A stretch of DNA of 64,000 nucleotides. Source: Felis catus (Eukaryota). The stretch spans positions 136,030,001 to 136,094,000 of the forward strand of contig NC_058368.1 of NCBI RefSeq assembly GCF_018350175.1, read 5' to 3'. The notes beneath the pieces are model-generated. The model had not been told where the DNA came from. It searched no databases and saw only the letters and a list, made by a program, of their open reading frames with translations. Below are positions 26,344 through 40,004 of the stretch, piece after piece (position 1 is the first letter of the stretch; every line of letters starts with the position of its first letter). The position numbers were made by a program, and so were the translations under genes.

Positions 26344-27600
26344 AGAACAGGGCAGGGGCAGAGAGGGAGAGGAACAGCATACCTGTATCCCTTAGGTAAA
26401 TATCTAGTAGTGGAACTGCTGGGTCATAGGGTAGTTCTCTTTTTAGTTTTTTGAGGAACCTCCATACTATGTTCCAGAGTGGCTGCACCAGCTTGCATTC
26501 CCACCAGGAATGCAAGAGATCCTCTTTCTCCATGTCCTCGCCAGTATCTGTTGTTGCCTGAGTTGTTCATGTTAGCCATTGTGACCGGTGTGAGGTGGTA
26601 TCTCATTGTGGTTTTGACTTGGATTTCCCTGATGATGAGTGATGTTGAGCATCTTTTCACGTGTCGGTTAGCCATCTGGATGTCTTCTTTGGGCAAGTGT
26701 CTATTCATGCATTCTCTCTTTTTTTTTTTTTTTAGCTGACTGGTTTACCAATTTATTGCTTTCATTTCTTTTCTTACCTCTGTTGTCTTCTACAGATAGG
26801 TTTTTGTCCTAACGTCTTGAGATGGGATAATTTCAGTGCTTTTGGCTTTAGCTCCATCTCACAAATTTTACATGTCATATTTTCAGTCTTACTTAGTTCA
26901 AAATATTTATTTTTTGGCCACACCAGGTATTTAGAAAGGTACTGCTTAACTTCACTGTTAAGAAAGAATATACATTATATGATTTTAATTTTGAAATTTG
27001 TTGAGACTTGTATTATGGGTCAACATAACATAAAATCACACTAAAATGGTCAATTTTAGTAAATGCTCCATTTCACTTGAAAAAAAAAAGTTTTCTGCGG
27101 TTCAAATGAAATGTTGAGGGATGCCTGGCTGGCTCAGTGGGAAGAGTATGTGACTCTTGATCTTAGGGTCATGAGTTCAAGTATGCTCACATTGGGCATG
27201 GAGCCTACTTAAAAAAAAAAAAAAAAGTTGAAATTATTGTTCAAACGTTTGATAATTTTACGGATTTTTATTTGCTTGTTCTAACTAGGACAGGGGTGTT
27301 AAAATCACCCCAATTAATCTTCTTTTCCCTTTAGTTCTGTTTTTACTCTACATATTTAAAATATATAGGTCCATACATATTTAGGATTTAAATCTAGCTA
27401 CATAGAGATTTAGAATTGTTAAATATTCCTGGCAGATCAACCCTCTTTATTTCTAGTAAAACTTCTTGCCTTATTATCAGTCATTTCATCATACATTAAT
27501 ACAGTTGCTCCGGTATGCTTTTGGTATTTGCATCTTGGCTTTTCCCTTCCTTTTAATATTTTCATGTCCTTCTATTTAAGGTGTGTCTCTTGTAAAAATC
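25540..27600 (-). mobile_element. Old L1 fragments with a younger L1 piece (about 26380-26710) and SINE fragments
   Basis: ORF 26424-26708 ([28 protein letters not shown]) is L1 ORF2 C-terminal sequence. Confidence 0.75.
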
Positions 27601-28688
27601 TATAATTAGGTTATTTTTCTTAATTTTTTTAATGTGGGAGACAGAGGCTCTGAAGTGGGCTCTGTACTGATAGCAGAGAGCCTGATGTGGGGTTCAAATT
27701 CACAAACCATGAGATCAGGACCTGAGCCAAAGTCGGCTGCTCAACCTATGGAGCCACTCAGGCACACCCCACCCCCCCTTTTGCCTTCGTTTTTGACATT
27801 TGTTTCAGAGAGTATGGAATTTGATTTTGGTGCTCATTTTCTTTCACATTTCTAGCTCCCATCATTTCTTTTGCTCGGCAGGCAGTCTTTTTTTGTATTT
27901 GAATGTAAGGTTTATCTGGCCCTGCTTTAGTGGCTTTTAAGATTTTCTTTGCTTTACATTTTGCCATTTGCTATGAACTGAATTGTGTCCCTCAACGATC
28001 CATGTGTTGAAACCCTAACCTTTGGAGACAGTCTGCTTGAACAATGACAACACAATACCCTACAATGGTAGTTGTACTATGTTGTGCTTAGGTGTGGATT
28101 TCTTTGTATTTATTCTGCTTGGGGTTTATAGACCTTGAAGCTGTGGCTTGGTGTCTTTAGCCAGTTTGGGGAAGTTTTTGGCCAACATGCACATAGCTGC
28201 TTCCCAATTCTTTGTCATTTTCTTTACTCTCCTTCTGATAGCAGAACTCAACCTAATTTGGGGTCATAGGATCAGGAAAAAGAGTTCTATAGAGAACTGA
28301 AGAAAGAATGGCCCAGACACATTTGGGAGGGGAGAGATTGAGAGAGCATTTCAAATAGAGGTAATCATTTGCATGGATTAAAGAGAACCAGGCATATTTA
28401 AAGATAGGCAGGAATTTGTTGTGAGAATAGACTGGAGAGGAATGTAAAAGCCCGACTGGAGAAAGCTTCACAGGATGCGTTAGAAAGGGTGAGTCTCGGG
28501 GCGCCTGGGTGGCTTAGTTAAGCATCTGACTGGCTCAGGTCATGATCTCACAGTCTGTGAGTTCGAGCCTCATGTCAGGCTCTGTGCTGACAGCTCAGCC
28601 TGGAGCCTGCTTCGGATTCTGTGTCTCCCCCTCTTACTGAAATGAAAGTCCTTATGATTCTATTTTCACCAACACTTTGCTTTTATAG

Positions 28689-29053
28689 CCAAGGTAGCAA
28701 TCGATGGAGGTTTCCAGAAACTTGAGGACCTAAATCTTTCAGTCAATCACAAGATTACAGAGGAAGGATACAGAAATTTCTTTCAAGCACTGGACAACAT
28801 GCCACACTTGAAAGAGTTGACTATTTCTAGGCATTTTACTGAATGCATCAAAGCTCAGGCCACAACAGTCAAGTCTTTGAGTCAGTGCATGTCACGACTG
28901 CCAAGCCTCATCAGACTTAACATGTTAAGTTGGCTCCTGGATACAGAAGACATCACACTGCTTACTGCCATGAAGGAAAGACATCCTCAATCTAAACGCT
29001 TATTTATTCACCGGAAATGGGTACTGCCATTCTCTCCAATTGTTCAGGAATAG
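28689..29053 (+). CDS. NAIP: NAIP terminal coding exon (AKVAIDGGFQKLEDL...KWVLPFSPIVQE*)
   Basis: tttatag|CC... open to TAG at 29051-29053; matches the NAIP C-terminus. Confidence 0.95.
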
Positions 29054-30869
29054 GAGATGTACCTAAAAACTGAATTACAAATTTGTGTCAACAATTCTAA
29101 AAACTTCCCTCTCCAAAAACATTTTATTAAGTCTTGCACACAAAAGGATATTTACAGTAAGGCATGTTAAAGAAAACCCCAAAACCACTACCAGAACCTT
29201 TGCAGTCTCTGAATGATTCTCCCCAACTAAATAGAAATCAATTCTTCAATCAAGTTTATACACCTAACCCTCCATAATCGAGGATCAGCATCCGGTTTTC
29301 AGACTCACTGTGGTAAGGAGGATAAAAACAGCTATGGGAATGGAGTGTGAGGTACACAGATGGGTCTTAAAGCCACAATACGGAAGAAGTATTCAAGTTA
29401 CATATAATGTGAATTTCAAGCCTTTACCACCAGTCCAGTTTAATCTTTTGTGGGCCAAGAGATACGCCTTAATACTTCTAAGATTTGTTGGGTATATTAA
29501 TTTTGGTATAAGAGGCCCATACAAGGTAGAAGTAAGATTTACGGGAAAAAGCTCCTAGCACAGAGGCTTTTGATTCAACACTTACTGTATCAGCATAAAG
29601 TACAAAATAGCACTTCTAAGATTCAGACTAAAATGGAGAGGGCACAGCCCTCGACATCAGGTTTGTTGAAACGCAGCCCAAGAAGGTTTGAGCTTTGGGC
29701 ATTTGGCTGACAAAGTGGCTTAGAGGTATTAGAGGCAGCCATTCGTGTGGAGGTACTGCGTTAGAAAAACCACGCATCGCGTGGATCTGCTAGAAGAACA
29801 CACTGGAAGCAGGGAAAGAAGTCTCTTGCTCCTACAGTGTCTGACCACTACTCTCTACTGACAAAGCTTTATACTGTGCCTGCTGCGGGGACAGGTCGTT
29901 ACAGAGTGAAGATCTATTACTGCAGAGAAGGGCAATAAAGGCTGGATTTGGACACGAGAAGCAACAACTTGATAAACGATAAAACTATTACTTATTAAAT
30001 AGCTTAGACCTAAAGAACCTTGTTAGATTTAAGATTGATAGGATGCACATAAATATTTATAGAAAATGTCTTACATGATCTAGAAGACACAGGGAACCGG
30101 CTAGTGATTGACTTCAGGGAGGGGGCCAGGATAGCAAGGGAATAGGAGGAAGGTCTGATTCTTTTTTCTTTGCAGATCTTTTGTACTATTTGAATTCTGT
30201 ACCGTGTATGTGTACTATTAAAAATGGTATTTTAAAAACTAAGAGAACTCCATGCAAATACCTCTCCAAACCTTCTGATAAGGGCTTCTACTTTAAAGCA
30301 GCGCTCTCCAAGTATGGCCTGAGCCTGTAGAGCCTCTGAGCGAAGACTATTTTTTACATTTTTCCAATAAAAAAATAACATACATGCGACAGAGACCATG
30401 ATCAGTGGCCTGCAAGGCTAAAATAATTCTGGCCCTTTACAACGAATGGAATACTTCCATGACAGACTGTTTTTAGATTGTAAGATTACCATGCCCTTTT
30501 ATTCCTGTATATGTTAGTCTCCACATGAGGCCCAGGCCATCCCTCATTGCCCTGACCGTCACCCTCATGTTTCTAGACTTCTCCCTTTCTGATCACATGT
30601 TCCAACACTCTACCACTCTCTAAATCCTTCCACTGTACCCTACCCACATGAGAAACATCCTCTACCATTCTCAACTTCTTATCCAAACAATACCTTCATC
30701 TTCTTGTTCTAACTTCCCCTTTCTCAAATTTTTACCATGACTCACAGTAAGAAATTTCCTATCAACAATCAACACATTTATAAACATGTACACAAATGAA
30801 CCAAGATTCACAAAAAACTCTAAAAGCTGTATGTGATTTTACTAATATGATTTACTAATATTCAGAAAT

Positions 30870-32960
30870 AGAAAATTCCTTGAAAGAGTTGTCTATACAG
30901 TGTTTTATTCAATTGTTCTTTCTTACCTTCTCTCCTGCAAGGCTTTTCCTTTCTCCATAGCACTGGAAGAGCTCTTAATGAGGGTCACCAATGATCTCTG
31001 CAATGCTCAATTCGATAAACACTAGTCTCCATCCTTGACTTATTCACAGCACCTGACCCAGCAGTAGCTTGATGCCGCTGGTCACTCCCTCCTCTCAAGT
31101 TTCATTTGGCTTCCAGGGCATTCCTTCTTGGTTTCCTAACCAACCTAGAATTCTCTCAGCCTCCTTTACTGCTTTTTCTCATATCTGACCTCTAAACACT
31201 GATAGCTCTATGTAAATGCACTTGCTTCGTGATCTGGTCCTGTTGCATGGCTTTAAATTCCAAGTCTATGCTAACTTACCTATTTTCAGCTCTATCCCAG
31301 ATCTCTCCTCTGAACTCTGGACTCCTATCTGACTCCTGTTAATGGGCATCTCAGATTTGACCTGTCTTAACCCAATTCCTGTCTTTCCTTTCCCACAAGT
31401 ACTCTTGGTTACTTAATTTTTTTAGAGTGCATGCAAGCAGGGGAGGGGGCAAAGGGAGAGAGAGTGAATCCTAAGCAGGCACCATGCTCACCTCAGAGTC
31501 CGACACAGGGCTCAACCCACGACCCTGGGCTGACGACTAGAGCAGAGGTCAAGAGCTGGGACACTGAGCCGATTGAGCCACCCTGGCAACCCTCCCACAA
31601 GCACTCTTTATGCTGACTTCTCCATGTCTTTAATTCTAGCTTTGTTCTTCCACTTGCCTAGGCCCAAAATCTTGGGGGGTCATCCTTGATTTCTCTCTTT
31701 CATACTCTACATGTAATCTACTGGCAAATGCTGAGCTTTACTTAGCATTTGTCAATAGATCCCATCACTACTGACCACAGGTCCTAGTCAGCCTGCTTCC
31801 TCCCTTGAAACTTATGGCCTATTTTCTATTAAAAAAAATTTTTTTAAGCTTATTTTTCAGAGAGGCAGAGGTAGCATGAGTGGTGGAGGGGCAGATAGAG
31901 AGGGACAGAGAGAATCCTAAGCAGGCTAAGCGTAGCCAGTACAGAGGCTGATGTGGGGCTGGAACTCACAAAACCATGAGATCATGACCTGAGCTGAAAC
32001 CAAGAGTCGGACGCTTAACCAGACTAAGCCACCCAGGTTGCCTGTAAGGTCTATTTTCAACACAAAAATTGCAGTCATAAGACTCTTCAATACATTAGAT
32101 CACGCTATGCCTTTGGTTCAACACCTTCCAATGGATCCCAGATCAAAGTAAATACAGTGGTCTATATTTGACCTGACCCCTGACTACCTACCTCTCTTAC
32201 CTCTATCTTTTTAATCTCTCCTCCTTGCTCACTTCCATTCCAGCCATACTGGTTTCTTTTGCCATTCCCTGAACAGACCAAACTTATTCTTAGGGCCTTT
32301 GTGCTTGTCATTTCCTTTGCCTGGGAGGTTCTCTATTTATGCGAATGGCTCTCATTTTCTTCACATCTCTGCTCCAATGTCAGCTCAATTTCCCTCATCA
32401 TTTGTTTTGTTTTTTTTAACTTTTTAAAATTTTATTTTTAATCTCTACACCCAAATGGGGTGAACTGACAACCCCGAGATCAAGAGTCGCATGCCCTACT
32501 GACTGTGCCAGCCAGGTGCCCCCTTGATCATTCTTTTTAAAAAAGCATCCACAGGGGCCCCTGGGTGGCTCAGCAGGTTAAGTGTCTGACTGTTGATTTT
32601 GGCTCAGGTCATGATCTCATGGTTCACGGGATCAAGACCTGTCCTTTCAGCGTGGATCCTGCTTGGGATTCTTTCTCTCCCTCTTACCTGTTCTCCTGTG
32701 CTCGCTCTCTCTCTGAAAATAAAAACAATAAACAAAACAAAGCATTCACATTCCACTTGCATTCTGCCTAACCCCCTTTCCTGCTTCATTTCTGTCTATG
32801 GCATGTATTACTATTGCCACCTTATACATTTTGTTTACTAGTGTTCCCCACCAATGTAAGCAGGAACTTTCATCTCTTTGGCTTACTGTGGTCTCCAAGC
32901 ACGTAGAAGAGTACCTAGCACATAAACAAAACTGAATAAATAATTCCTGAGATGAATGAT
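30870..32960 (+). mobile_element. L2 remnant in the NAIP-SMN intergenic region, split by SINEs
   Basis: L2 motifs (ggtcaccaatga, cacttgcctaggcccaaaatcttgg) and 3' tail (cctagcacata...gaataaataattcctgagatgaatga). Confidence 0.7.
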
Positions 32961-33824
32961 TTGCCAGAACCTGCAACCACTTTCCAACGGCATTAGGTAT
33001 CAAAAGACGTAAGATGCAAAAATGTCACTGAAAGCAAATAAGCTACCTTCATAACTGAATTTAACCTGCCACACCTACTTAGGCAATGAAAATATTCAGA
33101 ATGTATAAAATACTGGCTGTCATGAAAAATAAAAATTTACTCACCGATACCAGAAAGCTTAAGCCACTGAATATCCCATTCTGTGAAGCTTACTTACCAG
33201 GAATTGAATGTTCATTTTATTCAACAAATATGTACTGGGTAGCTACAAATAGGTTAGGCATATTTAGTGTTTCCAGGCAAAATCTCTGAAAGAAATAGAA
33301 CTTTTTATATTAACTCTGCTCCCACAGCTAAAAGGACTAGGAAGAATCCCTGGTGCATGGATACCAATGCTTACACTCAACTGAAACAATAGGATTTTCT
33401 CCCTCTCCTGAGAATTTGAAGTGACACACACATAGTCAAATGGATGGTAGACGGAACCACAAGGTAGTGATGAGGGCAGAAGAAAGAGCTTGGACAACCA
33501 TGTTAGGCAATGGGCATGATGAAAATGTGAAGGAAGCTAGATGAAAGAGAGGCAGATAGGTGAGAGAAAGAGGAGAGGATAATGACAATATGACTTCCAA
33601 GAAACGGATCAAAGCCGTGGTTCCTGACTGGCGAGGTCTACTCCTGTGACACTCAGCTTCAGAGAAGCTGTGTTTCTTAAGCCTGGATTATCAGCAACAC
33701 TGTTTTACAACTGGTTGTGTCTTTACAATACTACCTTTTCTCCAAATAAGTCTGACTAGTTCTCTCTATCCATTACTAGATTTCCTTCACCATATATATT
33801 CTAAAAAAAAAAATACTCATACAG

Positions 33825-34181
33825 TCAAGCTTAAAAAAAATTTGTCATTTATTTTTAAAGGCATTAATAAAAAGCTTAACATACTTACTAAGAAAGTTAC
33901 AATATACAAATATGTTCAGTCGATATTTTCACAGATTGACTTTTCTGCACTATGTGTGACTTTGAGTTTCTTTTAGTTACTCACATTTCCACTGTTGAGT
34001 TATTCAAACTGATTATTCTCTTGAAACACATGGCTGGTTATCGAAGCATGAGTCACATGCAACATAGGGCAATGCAGATGGCTATGCCACCCAACCAACT
34101 GTTCATGAAGAAAAACATGAAATTTTATTCACATCAACCATGGCGCATCAAAATACCATTCTCCTTGGGAGAGAGCTGCAC
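33825..34181 (-). other. SMN1: Probable SMN terminal (3' UTR) exon
   Basis: Acceptor tttttctctccaaattcag|GTGCAGCTCT; repeat-free; ends TTTTTATTAATGCCTTTAAAAATAAA. Both ends resemble the mouse Smn last exon as I recall it. 3' end approximate. Confidence 0.75.
33848..33853 (-). terminator. Likely SMN polyadenylation signal AATAAA
   Basis: AATAAA on the minus strand at the end of the terminal exon, followed by a T-rich tract; a second AATAAA lies at 34129-34124. Confidence 0.6.
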
Positions 34182-35873
34182 CTGAATTTGGAGAGAAAAA
34201 GTCCAGATATGATTATGCAATTTAAAAACTTATTTTCTTATAAAATAAAAAAAAAGGAAAGCAATACACTCACCATGGTAAATAAAACTAGAACAAAAGT
34301 ATGCTAATATAGACTTTATGCAACACTAAATTCAATCTTTATGGGATAAATAATTAGACTAATTGTGATATTCATTTGGAAGAGTAAATGTGAAAGATTA
34401 AAAAAAATTTAAGGAGCACTGGTATTTCATCTGTCCTAACAGACTTTTTTTTTTTTTTATTTTTTAAACGTTTATTTCTTATTGAGAGACAGACAGACAC
34501 ACAGGGTGAGCAGGGGGAGGGGTAGAGAGAGGAGAGACACAGAATCTGAAGCAGGCTCCAGGCTCTGAGCTGTCAGTGCAGAGCCCGACATGGGGCTCGA
34601 ACAAACTGTGAGATCATGACCTGAGCCGAAGTCAGTAGCCTAAGCAACTGAGCCACCCAGGAGCCCTGGTCCTAACAATTTCTTTTTTAAAGTTTATTGA
34701 GAGAGAGGGGCACCTGGGTGGCTCAGTCAGTTAAGCATCTGACTTCAGCTCAGGTCATGATCTCGTGGTCTGTGAGTTCAAGCCCGGCATCAGGCTATGT
34801 GCACAGAGCCTGGAGCATGCTTCTGATTCTGTGTCTCCCCCTCTCTCTGCCCCTCCCATGCCCATATTCTGTCTCTCTCTCTCAATAATAAATAACCTTA
34901 AAAAAATAAAAAAAAATTTTTTTGAGAGAGTGAGTAAGCTCGTGTGCAAGTGGGGTAGGGGCAGAGAGATAAGGGGGAAAGAAAATCCCAAGCAGGCTCC
35001 ACACTGTCAGTGCAGAGCCTCACATGGGGCTCGATCTCACGAAACATGAGATCATGTCGTAAGCTGAGATCAAGAGTAGGATGCTCAAATGACTGATCCA
35101 TTCAGAGCCCCAAAAGTACTGTGCTTTTATGGACTCCATGAGAATCAAAGAAATGATAAACTAGAACATAGTAAAAATGTATCTGAAATCTAGAATGAGT
35201 ATTTATAAGATAAACATATTCAGGTTTATGGATACTAATGAACAGTTAGCTGCATATAAACAATGTTATCTACTTGGGCACCTGGGTGGCTCAGTTGGTT
35301 AAGCGTCCAACTTCAGCTCAGATCATAAGTTTCATGGTTTGTGGGTTTGAGCCCCACATTGGGCTCTGTGATGACAGCTCAGAGCCTGTATCCTGCTTTA
35401 AATTCTGTGTGTGTGTCTCTCTCTGCCCCTGCACCACTAGAGCTCTGTCTCTATCAAAGATAAATACACATAAAAAAAAAAAAAAGTTTAAAAAAAAAAA
35501 AAGAATGTTATCTGCTTTAGGGTGTCTGAGTGCCTCAGTCAGTTGGGCATCCAACTCTTGGTCTTGGCTCAGGTTATGATCTCATGGTTTGGGAAATTGG
35601 AGCCCCACATTGGGCTCTGCGCAGACAACGTGGAGTCTACTTGGGATTCTCTCTCTCCCTCTCATTGATTGATTGATAAATAAAACAATAAATAAAACGT
35701 TATCCACTTTAGATACACACAGACATACACGCACATGAATGAAATACTGGGAAAAGATGGAGTAAAAACTTGGGTTTGCTGTATGTAAATTCTCAATGAA
35801 ATTGCTAACAAAGTTATTTTCACTCTCTCTCTGTTCTATGTAGACTGCTTGTAAACTGACTTGAAAAGAAATG

Positions 35874-36861
35874 CATTCAATTCTCATTATTCATGGTAGT
35901 TACGTTCTAAAAAGTCACAACAGGGGGTGCCTGGGGGGCTCAGTCAGTTAAGCGGCTGGCTCTTGTTCTTGGCTCAGGTCCTGATCTCAGGGTTGAATTA
36001 GAGCCCTATGTCAGGCTCTGAGCTGACAGTGTGGAATCTGCTTGGGATTCTCCCTCTCTCCCTTTTCCTCTGTGCCTCCCAATCTCTCTCTCTCTCTCAA
36101 AAATAAATAAATAATAAAATTAACACTGTTGTTTAAAGTAAAATAAAATAAAGTCACTAAAAACAATAAATTTGTGAATACTAAGCCAATGCTCCTACAA
36201 GAAATACAAGGCTAGGTTCAGGCAAGCCTCTGGTCACATTCTTATCAACTGACCAATTCCTAATCTTTTAAAATGTGTCTTTCTGATGAAAGACACGTTA
36301 CTTAATATATATTGATGTTACAGGTGACTTTTTTTTTTTTTTTAAGTAATCTCCACGCTCAACCTGGGGCTCACATTCACCACCAGGAGATCAAGAGTCG
36401 CATGCTCTACTGACTGAGCTAGCCAGGCTCTTCTAACATACTGATGATTCATTAACACTGAAATTACAGTCAGTGGTACTAAGTCATGCCTGAATGGGGC
36501 TTACCTAACACATATAATTTCCCTGTCAGGCACATCACAGCCTTCTTGCACTTGGGAACACAAAGCACAATGTCTGGTGTCCACTTTAAAGAGTGAAATC
36601 AAAAGGCGCAGACACATGAATAATGTGGCACTAAAAAGACTGCACAAAGAATGCTTGTTTAGAGCAGGAGATGACACATGAAGACAGAGCACTGCTCAAC
36701 CTCAGCTGAGAGTATCTGTGTCAGAGGATTCAAATTTTTTGCCACTCTGCACTTGTCCATGAATGATGGCGAAACCACTGTAATTCTTGACTTGGGTATG
36801 ATAGATAAATTTTGGCAAGCTGGCAAATTTGCAAACACAGTCTGTGAATGAGAACTGACTG
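35874..36861 (+). mobile_element. MER82-like TcMar-Tigger DNA transposon interrupted by two SINEs
   Basis: Degenerate TIRs (cattcaattctcattattca / tgaatgagaactgactg-ta); internal motif cacatcacagccttcttgcact. Confidence 0.7.
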
Positions 36862-37665
36862 TAGATAAACTATGAAAAACAATTTAAAGGAAACACAAAT
36901 ATCTAAAACGATAAAGGGAAAATAATCACACAGATAGAGGAGAGCAAACATTTCTGTCCAAATGACAAGAACCACTACCACCAAAAAGGAAGGTCAAATA
37001 AATGATAAACTAGAAAGCAAGTATTTGCAAATCCTATCACAGAGAATTCTTGGAAAACAAAAAGGAAAAACATAGATCCCAGTTAAAAAGTGGGCAAGGT
37101 GATACTCATAGTTTCCAGTAAACATAAAACAGAGCTCTTAAACACACAAAAAGATGAACTTTACAATAATAAAATCAATAAAAAAATTATAAATACAATT
37201 AGAGGACTATTTCTAACTATTTGATCATGAATGATCCAAAGGTTTCACAGATTACTGAATAAGAATGTGGGAAACAGGAGCTCTCAAACAATGTTGGTGA
37301 GAATATAAATACAGTCTCTACTGAGAAGCAACATGGAAAAAATCTATTAAAATTAGATGGAGGGTTCTCTTCAATCTAGCAGTTCTAATTCTAGAATCTA
37401 AATCCAGATTAGAATTATAGATTCTATTTAGAGAATTCTAAAGATGTGTTCATACATCTACAGAAAGAATTATGTAAAAGAATATAACTATAGCATTAAA
37501 TAGCAAACAATTGGGAACAACCTAAAATTCCATCCATAAGAGCTCAATTAAATTAGTACAATTCTGTATACAAAAATATCATGCAATTTTAAAAAAAACA
37601 TTAAAAAAACTTTTTATACATTTATTTATTTTTGATAGACGGAGAGAGAGCACAAGTGGGGGAGG

Positions 37666-37710
<45 letters not shown>

Positions 37711-39290
37711 CGAGTGAGCGAGCCGAAGCAGGCTCCAGGCTAGGAGCTGCCAGCACAGAGCCCGACATGGGGCTCGAACTCACAAACTGGGAGATCATGA
37801 CCTGAGCCAAAGTCGGATGCTTAACTGATTGAGCCACCCAAGCGCCCCAAAAAACAGAATATTTTTATATCCTGGCATTGAGGATTCTCCAAAAAAATTC
37901 TGAAGAAAAAGCACTTACCTAATAAAGAACACTGTATGAATCACCTATAAAAATGAAAAATTTAAAGAGTTGGAAGGAGTAATCATGAAACATCAGATCT
38001 ATTTCAACTATATATTAATTTTACTGCCAATAAATGTACACAGCACAACACAACCAAATAAAAACGAAGGGTTTTGTTCTGTGAAGTCTCCCTCACATTC
38101 TAGTCCCTCTTCAGAGATTACTTGAGTACAGCCCTGAGGCGACCCATCAATTCACATAGAGACATGTATGTAAATGCGTTTACATAAATGGCAGGTAGCA
38201 TAACACATTTCTGCCTCTAACTTTCTTCATTTAAAAATATTTTACTATCAGATTGCTCTATATAACAAGCAACAATGTAATTTTTTAAAATAAAATTAAA
38301 AGAATGATAGAATACAAGGATCCCCATGCTTCTCCAGAGTTTCAGGCCACTGCTGTTTACCAAAGACTTACACTAGCAACAACTATTTTCACTAAACAAA
38401 AACGTCTGAGGAGGATTTACCCTGTTATGAAAAAAGGCAAAGGGGTGCCTGAGTGGCTCAGTCGGTTAAGCGTCTGACTTTGGCTCAGGTCATGATCTCA
38501 CATGATCTCATGGTTTTGTGGATTTGAGCCCCGAGGAGGCCGGAGCCTGCTTCGGATTCTGTGTCTCCCTTTCTCCCTGCGCCTCCCCCTGCTCTCACTC
38601 TATCAAAAATAAAAACACATTAAAAAAATAAAGAAAAAAGTGATGTCAAGGGAGGAAACATGTATCGTGCACAAAATGCTATGATGGTATCCGTATCAAA
38701 TATAGATGAATATGGAAAAGTGTAAAATAATACATGAAAAAAGAATACTGTGATAGACACACAGCTTAATTAATTTAAAAACAGTGAACATTTTTCTTAC
38801 ATACTTTTCAAACATAAATAGAAAAAGGAGTACAATAAACATCAATATGCACACCATGTACATGCAACAGCCATAAATGCATGCACACACACATTTTGCT
38901 AAATCATGTTTTTAAGTTTATTTATTTGGGGGAGGGGGGAGGGGCAAAGAGAGAGGGAGAGAAAGAGAATCCCAAGCAGGCTCTTGGCACTGTCAGCACA
39001 GAATCTGATTTGCTCAAGCCACACCCCTGGGATCATGACCTGAGCTGGAATTAAGAGTCGGATGTTCAACCAACAGAACCACCCAGGCACCCCACTCCCA
39101 AGACTTTTATAGATGGCTCTTTCAACCAGATTCCAACCAGGGATACCACATTGCATTTGGCTGTTGTCTTCCAAGTCACTTTTAATCTAGAGCAGTTACT
39201 CCATGCCTTTTTTTTCACTTTTTTTAATTAAAAAAAATTTTTTTTAATGTTTATCTTTTGAGAGAGAAAAAGAGAGAGAGAGAGAGAGAG

Positions 39291-39355
<65 letters not shown>

Positions 39356-40004
39356 CAGAGAGGGAGACACAGAATCCAAAGCAGGCGCCAGGCTGAGAGA
39401 GAGAGAGAGAGAGGAAGGGAGGGAGAGGGGCAGAGAGAGAGACACAGAATCCAAAGCAGGCGCCAGGCTCTGAGCGGTCAGCACAGAGCCTGTTGCGGGA
39501 ACTTGAACTTGCGAGCCGTAAAATGATGACCTGAGCCGAAGCTGGACACTTTACTGACTGAGCCACCCAGGTACCCTTTTTTTACTGACTTTTTGAAGAA
39601 AGGAGGCCAGTTATCTACTACAGCATTTCGCATTCTGGATCTATCTGATCATTTCTTTTGTGAGGAGGTCATTTAACTTGCTGCTCTAGCCCACTATTTC
39701 CAGTAAATGGGAAGCAGATCTTATAGGCTTGATTAAATTCCAGTTACACTCTTTTCACCGAAACACTTCACAGGCTATTTTGTGTATTTCACACTGCATC
39801 ATATCAAAATCAAGTCTGACTGTCCCATCACAGTAGTGCAGTATCACCAGTGATTCTAAGAATCTCTTTACTGTAAAGATGGTTTTCTTTCCACACCACT
39901 AACCAAGTATTTGCTGAGATGATACTTTGACATCATGATGATTCTAGAGAGCACGTAGCTCAATCTTTTATCAAACTGTTTTGACATCAAATGCATTTAA
40001 TATT

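Noticed and set aside
36499..36510. Donor-like TAG|gtaagc on the SMN strand
   Set aside because: Inside a MER82-like element with no convincing paired acceptor
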